DNA of 64,000 nt from Octopus sinensis (lineage: Eukaryota). Location: NCBI RefSeq assembly GCF_006345805.1, contig NC_043002.1, positions 34,906,001 to 34,970,000 on the forward strand, read 5' to 3'. A model generated the notes under the pieces. That model was not told the origin of the DNA. It did no database searches and was given only the letters and a program-made list of their open reading frames with translations. This document shows positions 63,671 to 64,000 of this stretch, in pieces. Position numbers and translations under genes: made by a program. Positions within the stretch are counted from its first letter, which is position 1; every line of letters starts with the position of its first letter.

Positions 63671-64000
63671 TTCCATCCGTTCAGTTTAACTTTTAGACAA
63701 ATGAAATATTATGGACTTAGCTAGACATTCCTTGTTAACTGAAACGATTGTTGTATAACGCTGTCATCTGATATCTTATGTCACCCCGTAGTGATTACTA
63801 ATAATTCCTTCACATTTACTACTGATATTTAATATAGTAATTCGTTCACTCATCAAGTCCCATCCTGGTAAAGTCATACTTGTCATACAAAATGTATATA
63901 CACTACTCTCTTTCAATTATAATCATAACAATGTTCTCCACCAAATTAAATGGCTTAAATTATTTCTATAATAATTTGTACTAGATGAAGGACCAATTTT

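Larger units (their letters stand above)
53480..64000. repeat. Modular tandem array of tRNA units with a ~4.2-4.7 kb higher-order period, continuing past the window end
   Basis: Offsets: copy 3 to 7 = 4684, 4 to 8 = 4654, 5 to 9 = 4586, 2 to 5 = 4228. Spacer blocks and diagnostic variants are shared. Confidence 0.9.

Noticed and set aside
63482-63676. ORFs containing RIAQSVEHQTF (also 55098, 56755, 58303, 59916, 61430)
   Set aside because: They are shadow translations of the tRNA-Lys genes.

Overview
AT-rich, microsatellite-dense animal DNA. The repeat families and the HTGEKP-linked C2H2 gene point to an octopus or other coleoid cephalopod (inference, not database-checked). Left to right: (1) the first coding exon of a minus-strand gene whose N-terminus resembles the integrase-type H2C2 zinc-binding domain (as in ZBTB11/GIN1), with a CpG-rich promoter; (2) about 45 kb of SINEs, RTE/CR1/R4-type LINE remnants, three Tc1/mariner relics and Helitron-like elements, with one 512-aa poly-C2H2 zinc-finger ORF followed by decayed fingers; (3) from about 51.5 kb to the window end, a tandem array of ten minus-strand tRNA-Lys(UUU) genes or pseudogenes. 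Every copy carries a 19-21 nt intron at the canonical 37/38 position, and the repeat units also hold a near-perfect 240-bp hairpin and inverted tRNA 3' halves. Other points of interest are three hammerhead-ribozyme-like motifs in ~200-bp mini-elements and a PHD-finger-like insert inside an RTE reverse transcriptase. All alignments and folds were done by eye; no searches were run.
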